In this document: positions 49,201-57,800 of the stretch, in pieces
Numbering within the stretch: position 1 is the first letter of the stretch
How the letters are laid out: the number at the start of each line of letters is the position of its first letter
Assembly: GCA_964523395.1 (NCBI GenBank)
Contig: CAZFXS010000009.1
Location: 22,235 to 86,234 of the forward strand
Length of the DNA: 64,000 bases
Direction of reading: 5' to 3'
Origin: an uncultured Chlorobiaceae bacterium
Lineage (GTDB): Bacteria; Bacteroidota; Ignavibacteria; UBA10030; SZUA-254
Notes under the pieces: generated by a model
Seen by the model: only the letters and a program-made list of their open reading frames with translations
The model's database searches: none
What the model was told of the DNA's origin: nothing
Translations under genes and position numbers: made by a program

Positions 49201-50919
49201 ACTATTACAGATACCACCGTCCAGGTTAATGCACTCAGAAACCTTACAACATATTACTGGCGTGTGAAAGCAAAGGTCGGCGCAAATATCACATCGTTCT
49301 CAGCATCACGGTATTTCATTACGCGTCCGAAATCGATTAGCGTTATCACTCCTGCAAAACCATGGGTTTCGCGCTTTGTCACGTCGTTGACTTGGTCCAG
49401 CGTTGACCTCACCGGTCCGGTGAACATACGCCTCTCCACAAACGGCGGAATAACATTTACCATATTACTCACGGATGTTCCGAATACCGGCACACTCACG
49501 TGGCGGCTATCCGATGCAACACCGGTGGGAACAAACTGCAGAGTCCGAGTTGAATCAGCCTCTGATGGTACGATATTCGGCACTTCGGGACCCTTCACTG
49601 TGGTTTCCGGACAATTGCCGTTAATTGTCCCGATGTCGACGTCTTTCATCTTCCCATCAGAACCATACCGCAGTACGTATTACCGGCTTGTCAGTTCGCC
49701 GGGCATTGTTGATACGACACAGCGCCTGCAGGAAATCATACCGGGCACACAGGGTACCGATTGGCGCATGTTCCGAGACAATGGATTGCCATCGGATTAT
49801 CTTGTAGAGCTTCTGCCCACATCAACTATCGCAACCGGTGAAGGGTATTGGCTCCTGAAGAAAAATAACCTTGACTATGCGGTGAATATGACAATGCCTC
49901 CTCTCGATACACTCGATGCCACGTTCGCCATTCCGCTACACACAGGATGGAATATCATCGCCAATCCGTTCGATAAAAATATCGCATGGACATCCGTGGT
50001 CCAGGTGAACTCCCTGGCATCCGCAACTCAGGCATACGGATACGATGGTTCATTTTCCTCCGTTGCAACACTTGAACCGTTCAAAGGCTACTATTTCTTT
50101 AACGAGACGAATGCGCCGTTTTTACGGATGCCCTATCCGTTCGGGTCTCCATCTCACAGTCCTGTGCAAATGCCGCCAATTGACTGGAAAGTTCAGCTCG
50201 CACTTGAATCGGACATCAACAGCGATCCGGAAAATTACATCGGCGTTTCGAAACAGGCAAGCGCCGGATATGACGAGACTGAAAGCCACAAGCCGCCGCT
50301 CTTCCTGGATCAGGGATTCCTCTACTTCGAGCGCCCAGCGTGGGATAAGAACTATTCGCTATTTAACACCGATTTCCGTCCCGCAATTGGCGAAGGACAG
50401 ACTTGGAATTTCGAAGTTTCGAAGAAACCCGGAACAAAAGGAAGCATAACATTCCGCGGCATCGAAACAATTCCGGCGGAGTATGAGGTTGTGCTTATCA
50501 ATTCATACAACAATGCGCCGTATAATCTGAGAGAGAACAGCACGTATACCTTTACCAGCGTTGTCCAGAAGATGCCGTTTAAGATGATTGTCGGAACGAA
50601 AGAATTTGTTGAGAAGGAACTCTCGAATGACGTGCCAGCGGAATTTGCTCTTGCGCAGAATTTCCCGAATCCGTTCAACTCGACAACTTCGATCAGCTTT
50701 AAACTTCCCAAGGAATCGAAAGTGCGGCTCGACATTTATTCGATTCTTGGGCAGCGCGTCACAACGCTTGCCGACGGCGTGTATCCGCAGGGAACTCATA
50801 CGTTTGTCTGGCAAGGCGACGATCAGAACGGCCTTCCTGTCGCCAGCGGCGTGTATCTCTACCGTCTCCTCGACGGCGAGAACCTGATTCAAACGAAAAA
50901 AATGATTCTTACTAAATAG
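40258..50919 (+). CDS. Giant (about 3550 aa) T9SS-secreted surface protein. Domain order: putative-Ig domain; 11 tandem 97-aa Ig-like repeats; at least 12 alternating InlB-B-repeat-like and VDG..Y..PQ.F.W modules; FN3; two GWN...GYW modules; Por-type CTD.
   Basis: Signal peptide MMRLFMKTILTVLMLLMISQLALA. Repeats QVVFIQQPTNTTAGATISP...LTASS.GLTSAIS. GYSFSSWSGSG and QYLLTMNAGTGGTV repeat units. CTD LAQNFPNPFNSTTSISF...VYLYRL. Confidence 0.9.
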   Translation: MMRLFMKTILTVLMLLMISQLALAQNPTYELVLKNDSLVSSTIYEFDIVLQRTGGTAFELASLQPIMTFNTGISSGSLTLSMNAGTSELNSSQQPTTMTINGNELRINPRVPPGAGSGTIISTSPGLRVGRFRLTSTTAFENQTADIAWKNDLNPFTRVFAYVSGVNTEITDSLTHLNQLANANLSVPFITTSSPLPGATSGTPYSQTLTISGGSTPYSFSLVSGTIAPGLSLSFSGNITGTPTTAGTFNFTVAVIDGADQTSNKEFSITTVPGSASKLVYIQQPTTTAVTATITPAVTVQLQDAASNNVTTAGVSTTIALSSGTGTLSGTLTQLTNASGIATFNNLSINQTGSKNLTTSSTGLTSALSNLFTITPGPVSQVAFIQEPTNTTAGSTISPSISVQLRDALGNNVTTAGVSITLSLTTGTGTLSGTTTRTTNGSGLAVFDDISINLAGSKNLTASSTSLTSDISNAFTIAVGPASVLAIIQQPTNTTAGVNISPSITVHVQDGFGNDVSGAGVSIDMTLSSGTGTLGGNTSRSTTGGGIATFNNLNITAAGVKVLTASSTGLTSAVSNSFTILPASASQVVFVQQPTNTAAGATITPAVTAQIRDTFGNDVATAGTSVTMSLSSGTGTLSGTTSQLTNSSGLATFSDLSINLSGAKNLTAASTGLTSAISSAFTISAGSATQVVFIQQPTNTTAGATISPSVTVQLRDGLGNNVSSAGVSITLSLSSGTGTLNGTTTQLTNASGLATFNNLSITAAGSKALTASSSGLTSAISNSFTISPATATTLVFLQQPTSTTAATVVTPAITTELRDNFGNTVPNAGVSITMALSSGTGTLSGTTVRTTDASGVATFNDLSINLVGSKALTASGSGLTPAVSNAFTISAGGATQVAFVQQPTTTTAGATISPSITVQLRDGAGNDVASAGVSVTLALTTGTGVLSGTLTQLTNASGLATFNDLSINLSGSKNITASSGGLTSAISSSFTINPASATQLVFIQQPTATAANSPITPAVTVQLRDNFGNNVTTSGVSVLMTLSSGSGALSGTTTQLTNGSGLATFSDLSINLTGAKAITASSSGLTSAISNSFNITIGAATQILVETAADGSGTVVPSQNVVSGNSITVFAISRDASNNFVANVAATSWLFQNSTGGIVGGDLVPSGDSRSATFTGHVTGTAQIRATSGVLTPTNSGTLTVIPGIQSKVVFVQQPSNGIAGAPIAPPVTVQLQDASNNNVASAGINVTLALASGTGTLSGTTTQATNGSGLATFNDLSINQTGAKTLSASSGGLTGAVSSSFTLSSYTITASAGANGSISPSGAVSVTHGNDQSFTITPNTGYSVSNVLVDGISVGAVTGYTFSNVTANHTIAASFSPNTLSITVSTTPSGRTITVDGINYTSPQTFSWTANTTHSIATDSLQNLSASTRYAWTSWNDAGARSHNVTPLVNTTYTATFKTQYLLTMNANTGGTVTPNTGFQDADSFIVINAIPNSGYSFSSWTGSGPGSASGGGTPRTIFMGGPITQTANFSLDDVLITVNTNPAGRTFRVDGALYSLPQTFSFQPGSIHTLSTDSIQAEVGGTRLLWSNWSDGQGLTHAFVVPSTNTTYTANFKRQYFLTMNAGTGGTVSPPSNWNDSAAVVAISATPSGGYSFSGWSGTGTGSYSGPANPSNVTMSGPITESASFTLFPVNITVNTNPPGRTFTVDGVQYTNSQSFVWSATQTHELSTTSPQGDTLTRYLWSSWSDGGAQTHNVAPIINTTYTVNFTTQHYLTMNAGTGGTVNPPNNWFNSGQVVAISATPGTGYSFGSWSGSGTGSYTGTNNPSSVTMNSPITETGNFTPNTIQVTVQTSPAGRSIIVDGVTYTAPQLFNWLANSNHSISTDSIQNGAAGTRYIWSGWNDAGARTHTVSSLVNTTFTATFSTQYLLTMNAGTGGSVNPPSDWFNSGQVVPISATATTGYTFSNWSGTGTGSYTGTNNPSSVTMNSPITETGNFTANNISVTVQTVPGGRTIIVDGTTYTAPQVFNWVANSNHTISTDTIQNGSAGTRYVWSSWSDSGARSHTVAPLVNTTYTVNFTTQYFLTMNANVGGTVLPPSGWYNSGDNVGITATANSGYSFINWSGVGSGSYSGGNNPGNVLMFGPITETANFVQNPYQVTIGTSPAGRAYRVNGTDYTTPQTFSVAPGNGLFLSIVTDPQPGTAGTQYAWSNWSDGGAINHFFVPASDSIVVASFTTQYLLTMNAGTGGTVNPTTNWYNSGTSVPITATPNVSYSFSSWTGSGSGSYTGPNNPSSVTMNGPITENASFTLFPVQVTVQSSPPGKTIIVDGTTYTSPQTFVFTSGTNHTIASDSIQSGSAGTRYLWTGWSDAGTRSHSVTVVKDTTFTVSFKTQFLLTTTAGTGGTVTPPTSYYDSAQVVPVTATPNGGYTFTGWTGTGTGSYTGPVNPANVTMHAPITQTAGFSLGSVQVTVQTVPGGRTIIVDGTTYTAPQVFNWVANSNHTISTDTIQNGSAGTRYVWSSWSDSGARSHTVAPSSDSTFVVNFTPQHYLTMIANTGGTASPPSGWVNAGTFVTITATQNTGYTFVSWSGSGSGSYSGGNNPGVLLMNGPITETANFTQNTVLVTIRTNPSGRTFVVNGNVYVSIFTFSLLPGSLHNISADSIQNLAGGVRYVFKSWSDSGALSHSIIIPSHDTTITANFGVQYALTTVPNPPTGGVTTPSGQTYYNIGDTATFSATENPGYLFMGWSGSFSGTQNPAKLLMNSAKTVTANFSPSAMITIATHPAGRTIVIDDSTYVAPRTFNWLLNTSHTIGTLTPQQLATPTQFLWNSWSDSGAISHTITAVKDTLIVADFTTQHYLYTVAGAGGSVTPVDGGWYNEHDTIGISATPDSGFGFIEWQGTGTGSYSGGNSDATIIMNGWIVESATFGLLLSPPSLAGIANGTTDVPLAPVLRWNSYPGATAYIVQVATDSLFNNTVFDSSTITDTTVQVNALRNLTTYYWRVKAKVGANITSFSASRYFITRPKSISVITPAKPWVSRFVTSLTWSSVDLTGPVNIRLSTNGGITFTILLTDVPNTGTLTWRLSDATPVGTNCRVRVESASDGTIFGTSGPFTVVSGQLPLIVPMSTSFIFPSEPYRSTYYRLVSSPGIVDTTQRLQEIIPGTQGTDWRMFRDNGLPSDYLVELLPTSTIATGEGYWLLKKNNLDYAVNMTMPPLDTLDATFAIPLHTGWNIIANPFDKNIAWTSVVQVNSLASATQAYGYDGSFSSVATLEPFKGYYFFNETNAPFLRMPYPFGSPSHSPVQMPPIDWKVQLALESDINSDPENYIGVSKQASAGYDETESHKPPLFLDQGFLYFERPAWDKNYSLFNTDFRPAIGEGQTWNFEVSKKPGTKGSITFRGIETIPAEYEVVLINSYNNAPYNLRENSTYTFTSVVQKMPFKMIVGTKEFVEKELSNDVPAEFALAQNFPNPFNSTTSISFKLPKESKVRLDIYSILGQRVTTLADGVYPQGTHTFVWQGDDQNGLPVASGVYLYRLLDGENLIQTKKMILTK
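46264..47858. repeat. Exact 196-bp direct repeat within the giant gene (46264-46460 and 47663-47858)
   Basis: Identical nucleotide runs encoding VTVQTVPGGRTIIVDGTTYTAPQVFNWVANSNHTISTDTIQNGSAGTRYVWSSWSDSGARSHTVAP. Flanks diverge. Confidence 0.8.
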
Positions 50920-50927
50920 GTGAAGCC

Positions 50928-51461
50928 ATGAGTATCAATCGATTTTCCAAGTATAACCGGATTATTACCAGCGGAATGCTTCCGCTTCTTATCCTGCTCC
51001 TTATCATAGATCCCGCCCTGGCAAAACAGGATCCGGCGCAGGGGGACGCTGTTCATCCGACAAACATCAAGTGGAGCGTCAAGGATGACGTGATTATCAT
51101 AAACTATGATCTCGCGTCAAACCCCGATTCAAAATATAAGGTTGACATCACGATGAAGCGGGAAACGGACCCGGAGTTTACGGCTATACCGCTTTCGATA
51201 GAAGGAGATATCGGTGAAGGATATTTTGCAGGGACAAACAAGGAGATACGCTGGTATTACCGCCGCGATTACCCGCAGGGGTTTCAGGGAGAAGGATATT
51301 ATTTTGAAATCAGTATCATCGAAACCGGGAAAGAAAGTGTGTGGCTGTATTATGCCATCGGCGCGGCGGCAGTAACCGGCGGCGTACTCGCATTCCTGAT
51401 TAGCAAGAATCAGGGCGATATACCGGTCGGCACGATTCCGGGACCGCCGGGCAGGCCGTAA
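50928..51461 (+). CDS. Small bitopic membrane protein (signal peptide, about 100-aa extracytoplasmic domain, C-terminal TM helix), co-transcribed with the giant gene
   Basis: Start 9 nt after the giant gene stop. MLPLLILLLIIDPALA signal. C-terminal TM VWLYYAIGAAAVTGGVLAFLI. Confidence 0.6.
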   Translation: MSINRFSKYNRIITSGMLPLLILLLIIDPALAKQDPAQGDAVHPTNIKWSVKDDVIIINYDLASNPDSKYKVDITMKRETDPEFTAIPLSIEGDIGEGYFAGTNKEIRWYYRRDYPQGFQGEGYYFEISIIETGKESVWLYYAIGAAAVTGGVLAFLISKNQGDIPVGTIPGPPGRP

Positions 51462-51540
51462 GAAGGTAGATGACTGTCTTTCTTTCATAGTTTTAAGCGA
51501 TGCTTCGACTCCGCTCAGCATCGTGACCCTAAGTTAAAAA

Positions 51541-51571
51541 ATCCGGCCGGGAATATGGCCGGATTTTTTTA
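51541..51571 (+). terminator. Rho-independent terminator ending the long plus-strand array
   Basis: TCCGGCC-gggaatat-GGCCGGA followed by TTTTTTT. Confidence 0.7.
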
Positions 51572-51743
51572 TGTTCTTTTTTGAAAGTAATCTCACCCCA
51601 TTAAGGGAGAAAGGAGAAGCATTTTTTGGAATTGTATCTGTCTATTTGTAAATTAGGACGCATTTAATCACCTACTCCCCTGCCGACACCACAAATCGGC
51701 AATTGCACTTGAAAATTGTAAATCAGCAATCGTAAATTCAAAT

Positions 51744-51815
51744 GGCGCTATCGTCTAACGGTTAGGACGGAGCCCTCTCAAGGCTCAAATACGGGTTCGA
51801 TTCCCGTTAGCGCTA
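51744..51815 (+). tRNA. tRNA-Glu (anticodon CUC), 72 nt, CCA not encoded
   Basis: Manual cloverleaf: D-arm TCGTCTAACGGTTAGGACG typical of tRNA-Glu. Anticodon stem GAGCC/GGCTC with loop CTCTCAA (T33, CTC, A37). T-arm ACGGG-TTCGATT-CCCGT. G1.U72 wobble at the acceptor end. Confidence 0.8.
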
Positions 51816-51816
51816 C

Positions 51817-51858
51817 AAAAAAATCCCGACAACATTAGAATTGTCGGGATTTTTTATT
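51817..51858. terminator. Bidirectional terminator between tRNA-Glu and the convergent giant gene
   Basis: AAAAAA, then TCCCGACAA-cattagaa-TTGTCGGGA, then TTTTTTATTT. A-tract and T-tract flank a 9-bp stem. The minus-strand stop of the 51876..60731 gene is 18 nt away. Confidence 0.7.
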
Positions 51859-51875
51859 TACAAACCTCCTGCCTG

Positions 51876-54800
51876 CTATTTCACCAAGACCATTTTCTTT
51901 ATCTGCATGAAGGTCCTGGTTGGATCCGCCGTACTGGTTGCTTCGAGGCGGTAGAAATAGACGCCTGACGATATCGACGACGCGTCCCATTCAGCGACTC
52001 TGAATCCCGAAGCCTCAATGCCGTTTGCAATTGCGGCAACTTCCTGTCCCAGAACGTTATAAATTACCAGCGATACCTTGCTTTCCTCAGGGAGTTGATA
52101 GCGTATCATCGTTTTCGGATTGAAGGGATTAGGGTAATTCTGGTCAAGCGCGTACACTGTGGGGACTGCCAACGGAATATGGTCCGCACTGAATCCGTCA
52201 CCTGTGGGAGGAGGTGGCGGCAGCTCTTCCATACTCAGTTTCGATATATCAGTCATTGCCAGCGCCATGTCGGCGGCACTCAGACGCACCTTAAGCGTGA
52301 TCTGACAGTTCTGCGATGTCCTGATCCAGTAAGCTTTTCCTGCGCGGACAACCGAGTCGGCCGTGTACCCGCCCTGGCCATACGCAAAGAACATGCTGAT
52401 AAGGCTGTTGGGGGGATTTTGCATGACCTGCGGAACGGGAACATCACCAGAGATTCCACCGACAAGATTCCATCCCGCACTGAGCGAAATCGTCACGCTG
52501 TCAACTGCTGAACCAGTGTATCCGATATCTCCTATCCCGCCGAAATTCACCCAGTAACCGACGCCGTTGTCCAGCGTATCGTCTTCGGTGTATCCGGCAC
52601 CGGGTGTAAACCGGAACGCCTTGGAAAGTGCTGACGGATAGAGAGCGGTTTTCCTGCGATCCGGCGGTGCCAATGGAAGGGCGATCATGTTCCAGTTTGG
52701 TATCAGCGACTGCGTGAACTGCGCGAGACCATCGTCGAATGTTCCGCGGAAAATCATCGGCGATTGTATTGTGCCTCTGATAGTATCCGCTTTGAAGCTC
52801 ATGGCAATGTCCGGCTGAACCGAGTATGTCAGCGTGGTCGAATCATGCCCGACACGGAATGATATCGGCTCACCGGAAGGAATATTGCTGAACACAGTCA
52901 TAATCGCACGGTACTGGTCAAGCGATGGAATTTTGACAAACTGAGCTACACCTCGAAGTTCGGAACCGACATATGCCATGAGCACCATGTCTCCCGATCC
53001 AATAATGGAATTTCCTTCTGCGATCGCACCTGCAATGGTCATGCTATGAGCATAGAGCGAAGGATCAACCTGATTACTGATAGTAGTGCTGACGCTCATC
53101 GGTTCCGCGGAAACGACCTTCGCCATGGTTGACTGGTTAAACGCCGGAATGGCAGACTGGGATGACATCAGCGAATTGTTTTGTCCGTTAACGTAGGTCA
53201 GATTCCCACCGTTCTTACTGAAGAGGCGGTAGCCCTCACCGGGCTCAAGCTGACTGGGAGATCCGAACCACATACCGTCGGTCGGTGAGTACATCATCGA
53301 ACCCGCCGAACCTTTCATTACGTCGCCCGCAGAAGAAGTCGGGTTCAACGAAGCGAGCGCCTGGCTTGCCGCAATGGAAGAAAGCGGCAGATAGCCGAGG
53401 TAATTCCATCCAGGCGCAACGGGAACAACAGTTGACGGGTTCACCGGAATGGCTGAAACCGAAAGCACACTTGGCTTCGACCTGTAGAGCCTGTAACTTT
53501 CACCCGGCACCAGCGTGCCGATGGTGCCAATCCACGCCTGGCTTGCGGGAGAATACTGGCTCGATCCGTTCTTTCCGCTAATGATATCGCCCGAACTGCT
53601 GCTGTCGCGGATTGATGCAAGAACAGTGTCAATGCTTTTACCGGTAACATCAACGCCAAGTGATATCCATGACCATCCCTTACCCACCGGAATTGACTGA
53701 ACGACCATTCCACCCGGATTGGTACCTGTTGCATTAACAATCAGATAAATCGGCAATGCCATCGCACCGGAGGTCGTTGCTGCATTTAATGAAGCGATGT
53801 GTGTTCCGTTCGGCAATGAAGCACTGGTTGTCAACGATATTACTTTATCCGAATTAGGAGGCAGAACATGATGAAGCGGTGAGGTGGTCAGCCATGCGGG
53901 AAGCTCGGTCAGATCAACCTCCAGCGTATCCGATCCAAGATTGGAAAGTGTCGCATTCAGAACTTTGCTTTGCCCCTGCTGTGCTGCTGTGGCAATAGTA
54001 CTTGGCGACCACGAAAGCGGGGCCGCACCGGTACCCACATTCACCGCAATCGTTAACGGAATGTGGGCGTTTGCAAGTGATGAGAAGGAAGACTCGGATC
54101 CTTTCAACGGAGGAACGGGAGTCATCGTCGCAAAGACAAGCACCTGGAATTCACCCACGCCGATCGAACCGCTGATGGTAAACGTAATCGGCAGCGAGCC
54201 GCCCGCGGGGATTACTCCGGAGGGCGGAGTAGCTTGTAGCCAGGGCGGCAAGCTGTCGATAGTAAACTGAATCGGCTCGGTTGCAGAATTGTGCAGACTG
54301 GTAACAATAATGCCGCCCTCACCGACATTTAACAATGTTGTGGCAAGCGGAGAGTCCCACGTAACCACGCTGTCACCGACATAAAATGCCCATGATACAC
54401 CTTTCTGGAGGACATTCCCGTACAAATCGCGCACACCGCGTTCCACATTATTGATTAGGAAGGCACCGGGAATTGTCATTTGATAGGTCTTGCCGCGCAT
54501 TTCATCGAAAGAAACTCCGCGCGGAGTAAGCACAACCTGTGTCCCGTTGAAATTGCAGATAAAGTCTAGTGGGACTCGGACGCCGGCAAGAGCGTCCCGT
54601 AATTCAAAGCGATCCGAGGTCAATGCCGCGCAATCGATGAACTCATTAAATTCAACTTTAACATCATCACCTGTTGAGAGAATCCCGTCCGTAGGCCAGG
54701 GATGCCCGAACACCAAAGGTGTAGAACGGTCAATTGTTCCGCGTACCACTGCGGAATAAAACGAGCCCAACGTTTTGCACCTCGTAACTGCCCGTAGTTT

Positions 54801-57800
54801 ATATTTACCGTCAGGCAATCCGGAAGGAAGCACCCATGGGAATCCATATACTCCACCATCAAGGACAACAGGAGCTCCTTCCTGTGTTTCCCATGTTCCA
54901 TCCGGGTTGCGGAGGAATGTCGCCTGCGGAAGGTTTGTCCAGATCTGATCTGTTTCCCGCGCATACTGCATGGCAATCTCTTCGAGGTCAGTATTCGATA
55001 GATCGAAATCAGCCATTGTAATTGGAAGAACGCCATTGCTCGAGCGGTTGACAATCCATCCATCATCTGGATCGGCAATTCGGATTTCACTGCATGCTTG
55101 CTGGAAACGTACCGTAACGGTCGCCGTATCAACACCATAAAATGCCCCGCCATTCGAGAAAATGTCATAATCACATTGGTTATAGACAAGAACTTTTAGA
55201 TTCGGATAGATATATGCTTCGGGCCCACGTGTTACCGTGAGCGTTGCTACCTGCGTAGCTCCCGGATCAACAGCATACTCCTGGCTAAAGTCACCATTAA
55301 TTTTAATAACAGCACCGTCGGGGTTACTTGATTGCATCGGTACAATTTTATAAACCCAAAGTTCCTCTGATTCACTCATGTTTGAAAGATTCAATGTGAA
55401 CGATGCCGTGCCTTGCGGATCAACATTGTTACGTTCAGCAGGCGCGACAGTAAGTTTCGGATTACTACGCTGCAGTGTCCGCGGCAATGTTCCTGCATCA
55501 GGGTCAACAAACCACGGCTCCCACGGGCAGGAGGATCCGCCGCTGCGGAGATCAAACGCGACCGTACCGTACTGCCTGTCTCTTTTGATATCGACTGAGA
55601 AAACATCTCCGAGGTCATTATCACCAAGCGTATAGCCTACCGTTGTGTACGTCGTAGTTGCTTCTGTGTTTGTAAACCCTGCCCTGAGCGCGAAGTTTAC
55701 TATCACTTTAGCACTGCCGCCTGTCCCAGCAACTTTGAAACCGGCTTCCGCCGCAATCTCTTCTTCGATGGCAAGGCCAAAGTCAATGAATCTTGATTCA
55801 CTTCTTGTCGAAGTGTTTGAATACGACACAAGCGGACCGGCATCAAAGCTCCGGTTTTCAAGAAACTGCGCGGATGCCAGGTTCGCGACATTTTGATCAA
55901 GAATTTGTTGCCAGACATCGATGGAATTTTGAACTGAATCGGCACCAAACGTGTCACCCTCACCGAGCTTGATACCCTTAATAACCTCAAGAGTCGGCAG
56001 GAGGCTGTACCTGATAAAGTTTTCGCTGTAGATATATTTCGTGGCAAAACCATCTGCGGCCACGGCAAAGTTCGTGTCCCGAACTATTGTCGATCCCTCA
56101 AGCTTCAAAACATCCGTCAGCGCATAAATCAGATTGACTGCCCCACCGATGAAAACGTCACTTCGTGGGCCGTTAATCACTTCATTTTCGTCAGTGGAAA
56201 ACCGTTCAGTCACACCAACGCAGACTTCATTTTCGTAACCGCCTTTCAGCGATTGCGAAACGTTTATACTTTTAGTCAGACTTCCGATAGCTTCCTGCTC
56301 TTCTCCTACCTCTACTCCTAAGCCGGTTATAAGCAATAGTTTTGTTCCAAAAAAGGCAGTAGATGTAACTCCGGCGCCAACAGCTTCTTCAGCAAACATC
56401 GACCAGGTTACACAAGCATTATGTCCTGATTCAAGGAAGCTGGAACTTAAATCTCCCGGAGGATCATGAAGCACGGTAAGCGGTAATTCTGGTGTAACCG
56501 TTGTGAATGTAGCAGGGCGCGGGCGCTCGCCAAGCACAAGAGCCCACTGTTCAAATGTCGGGAACTGGCCATCGACATCTGCCACAACTTCAAAGCGCTT
56601 CTGAAGCGGATGAGCTCCGCCGATGGCTATATTCGGAAGCCCGGGAATAAGCCTGAACACACCATAACCAAGACTGTCCAGCCGGAGTGAATCTTCAGGT
56701 GACTCTCCCGTAATATCATTATGGATTTTGACGGTGACATTTTTCACCGGACAGGTGTTTGTATCGGCGCCATCGATATAACGCTCAAACACTCTGATGG
56801 TAAGATTAACGGTATTCAATGTCTGAAGCACGGGAACATTAATTGTTCCTCCTCCCAGCGGCAAGGTTATCGTTTGTGGCGCAGGAAAACCAAGAACTTC
56901 GATAAACGCCGGGGAATGATAAATAAATTCCAGTGTGTCCTCAAACGCGTTTGTTGAAGCATTCAGCAAGGAAAGATTTACGGGCTTTGACCCTTTTTCA
57001 TCAAAGTATTCTTTGATGGCAAGATCCTGCGCCGGGTTTCCTGTGGAAACACTAGTGACTGTCGCGTTATAGTTTAATGGCGGAACTTCAATAACAGATG
57101 TCCCGGCAACCGTTACAGTTTCACTGAAGCAAAGATTGACGCTTTGCAGAAAAATTTTGACGGTGCCAATAGACGCGTCGCACCCTCCCATTGCGCGAAG
57201 CGTGAGTTTTGCTTTCGTGTAATCTTCAAAATGCAAGCTCGGAAGATTTTGATTGAGTGAATTAATAACGTAACTCGGCGGCACAAACGTGTGACCCGTT
57301 TTTACCGGCACAATAGTATAATTCCCGGGCGCGCGGCTAATTGAATACTTTCCCTGCGCGTCGGTAATAGTCGGAATGGTTTGTCCGTTCACCGTAAACC
57401 CTATGTTATCAGCAAAACAAACTCCTGATGCCGACTGATTTCCGAGATCCAAAAATTGTATTATTCCGCTCATCGTGAATGATGTCTGATCGGTAAAGTC
57501 GACTCCGTTAGCAACCGCCCCGCCGCTGGCAAGCGTAATGGAACGCGACGAGGGACTAAATTGGTGCATTGTGGAAAGAGTGTCTCCCTGCGGGATGGTC
57601 TTCGGGAATGACGTTGGAGTTGCCGGTGATATCTTTCGCGGCGTCACAGTAAATTGCTGGCTGCTGCCATACGTAACTTTTGAAATCGAATATCCACCCG
57701 ATGCATTTGTAAACGCACCGTTGTATACCGGCGCGACTGTGTTCACACTGATAGCATTGATAAGTGTGCCATGTCTCGAGTTTTGGGAATAGTCGGGAAC

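Noticed and set aside
40258-50919. A CRISPR array as the explanation for the periodic repeats
   Set aside because: Repeat units are about 290 nt, mutually divergent, in-frame and coding (Ig-like protein repeats). There are no short identical direct repeats with unique spacers and no cas genes.
676-51815. Whole 51-kb segment as a tRNA-bounded genomic island (tRNA-Gln at 0.7 kb, tRNA-Glu at 51.7 kb)
   Set aside because: No integrase, transposase or att-like direct repeat of a tRNA 3' end was seen. Codon usage and GC look uniform, and the genes are housekeeping-like surface biosynthesis genes. Insufficient evidence for mobility.
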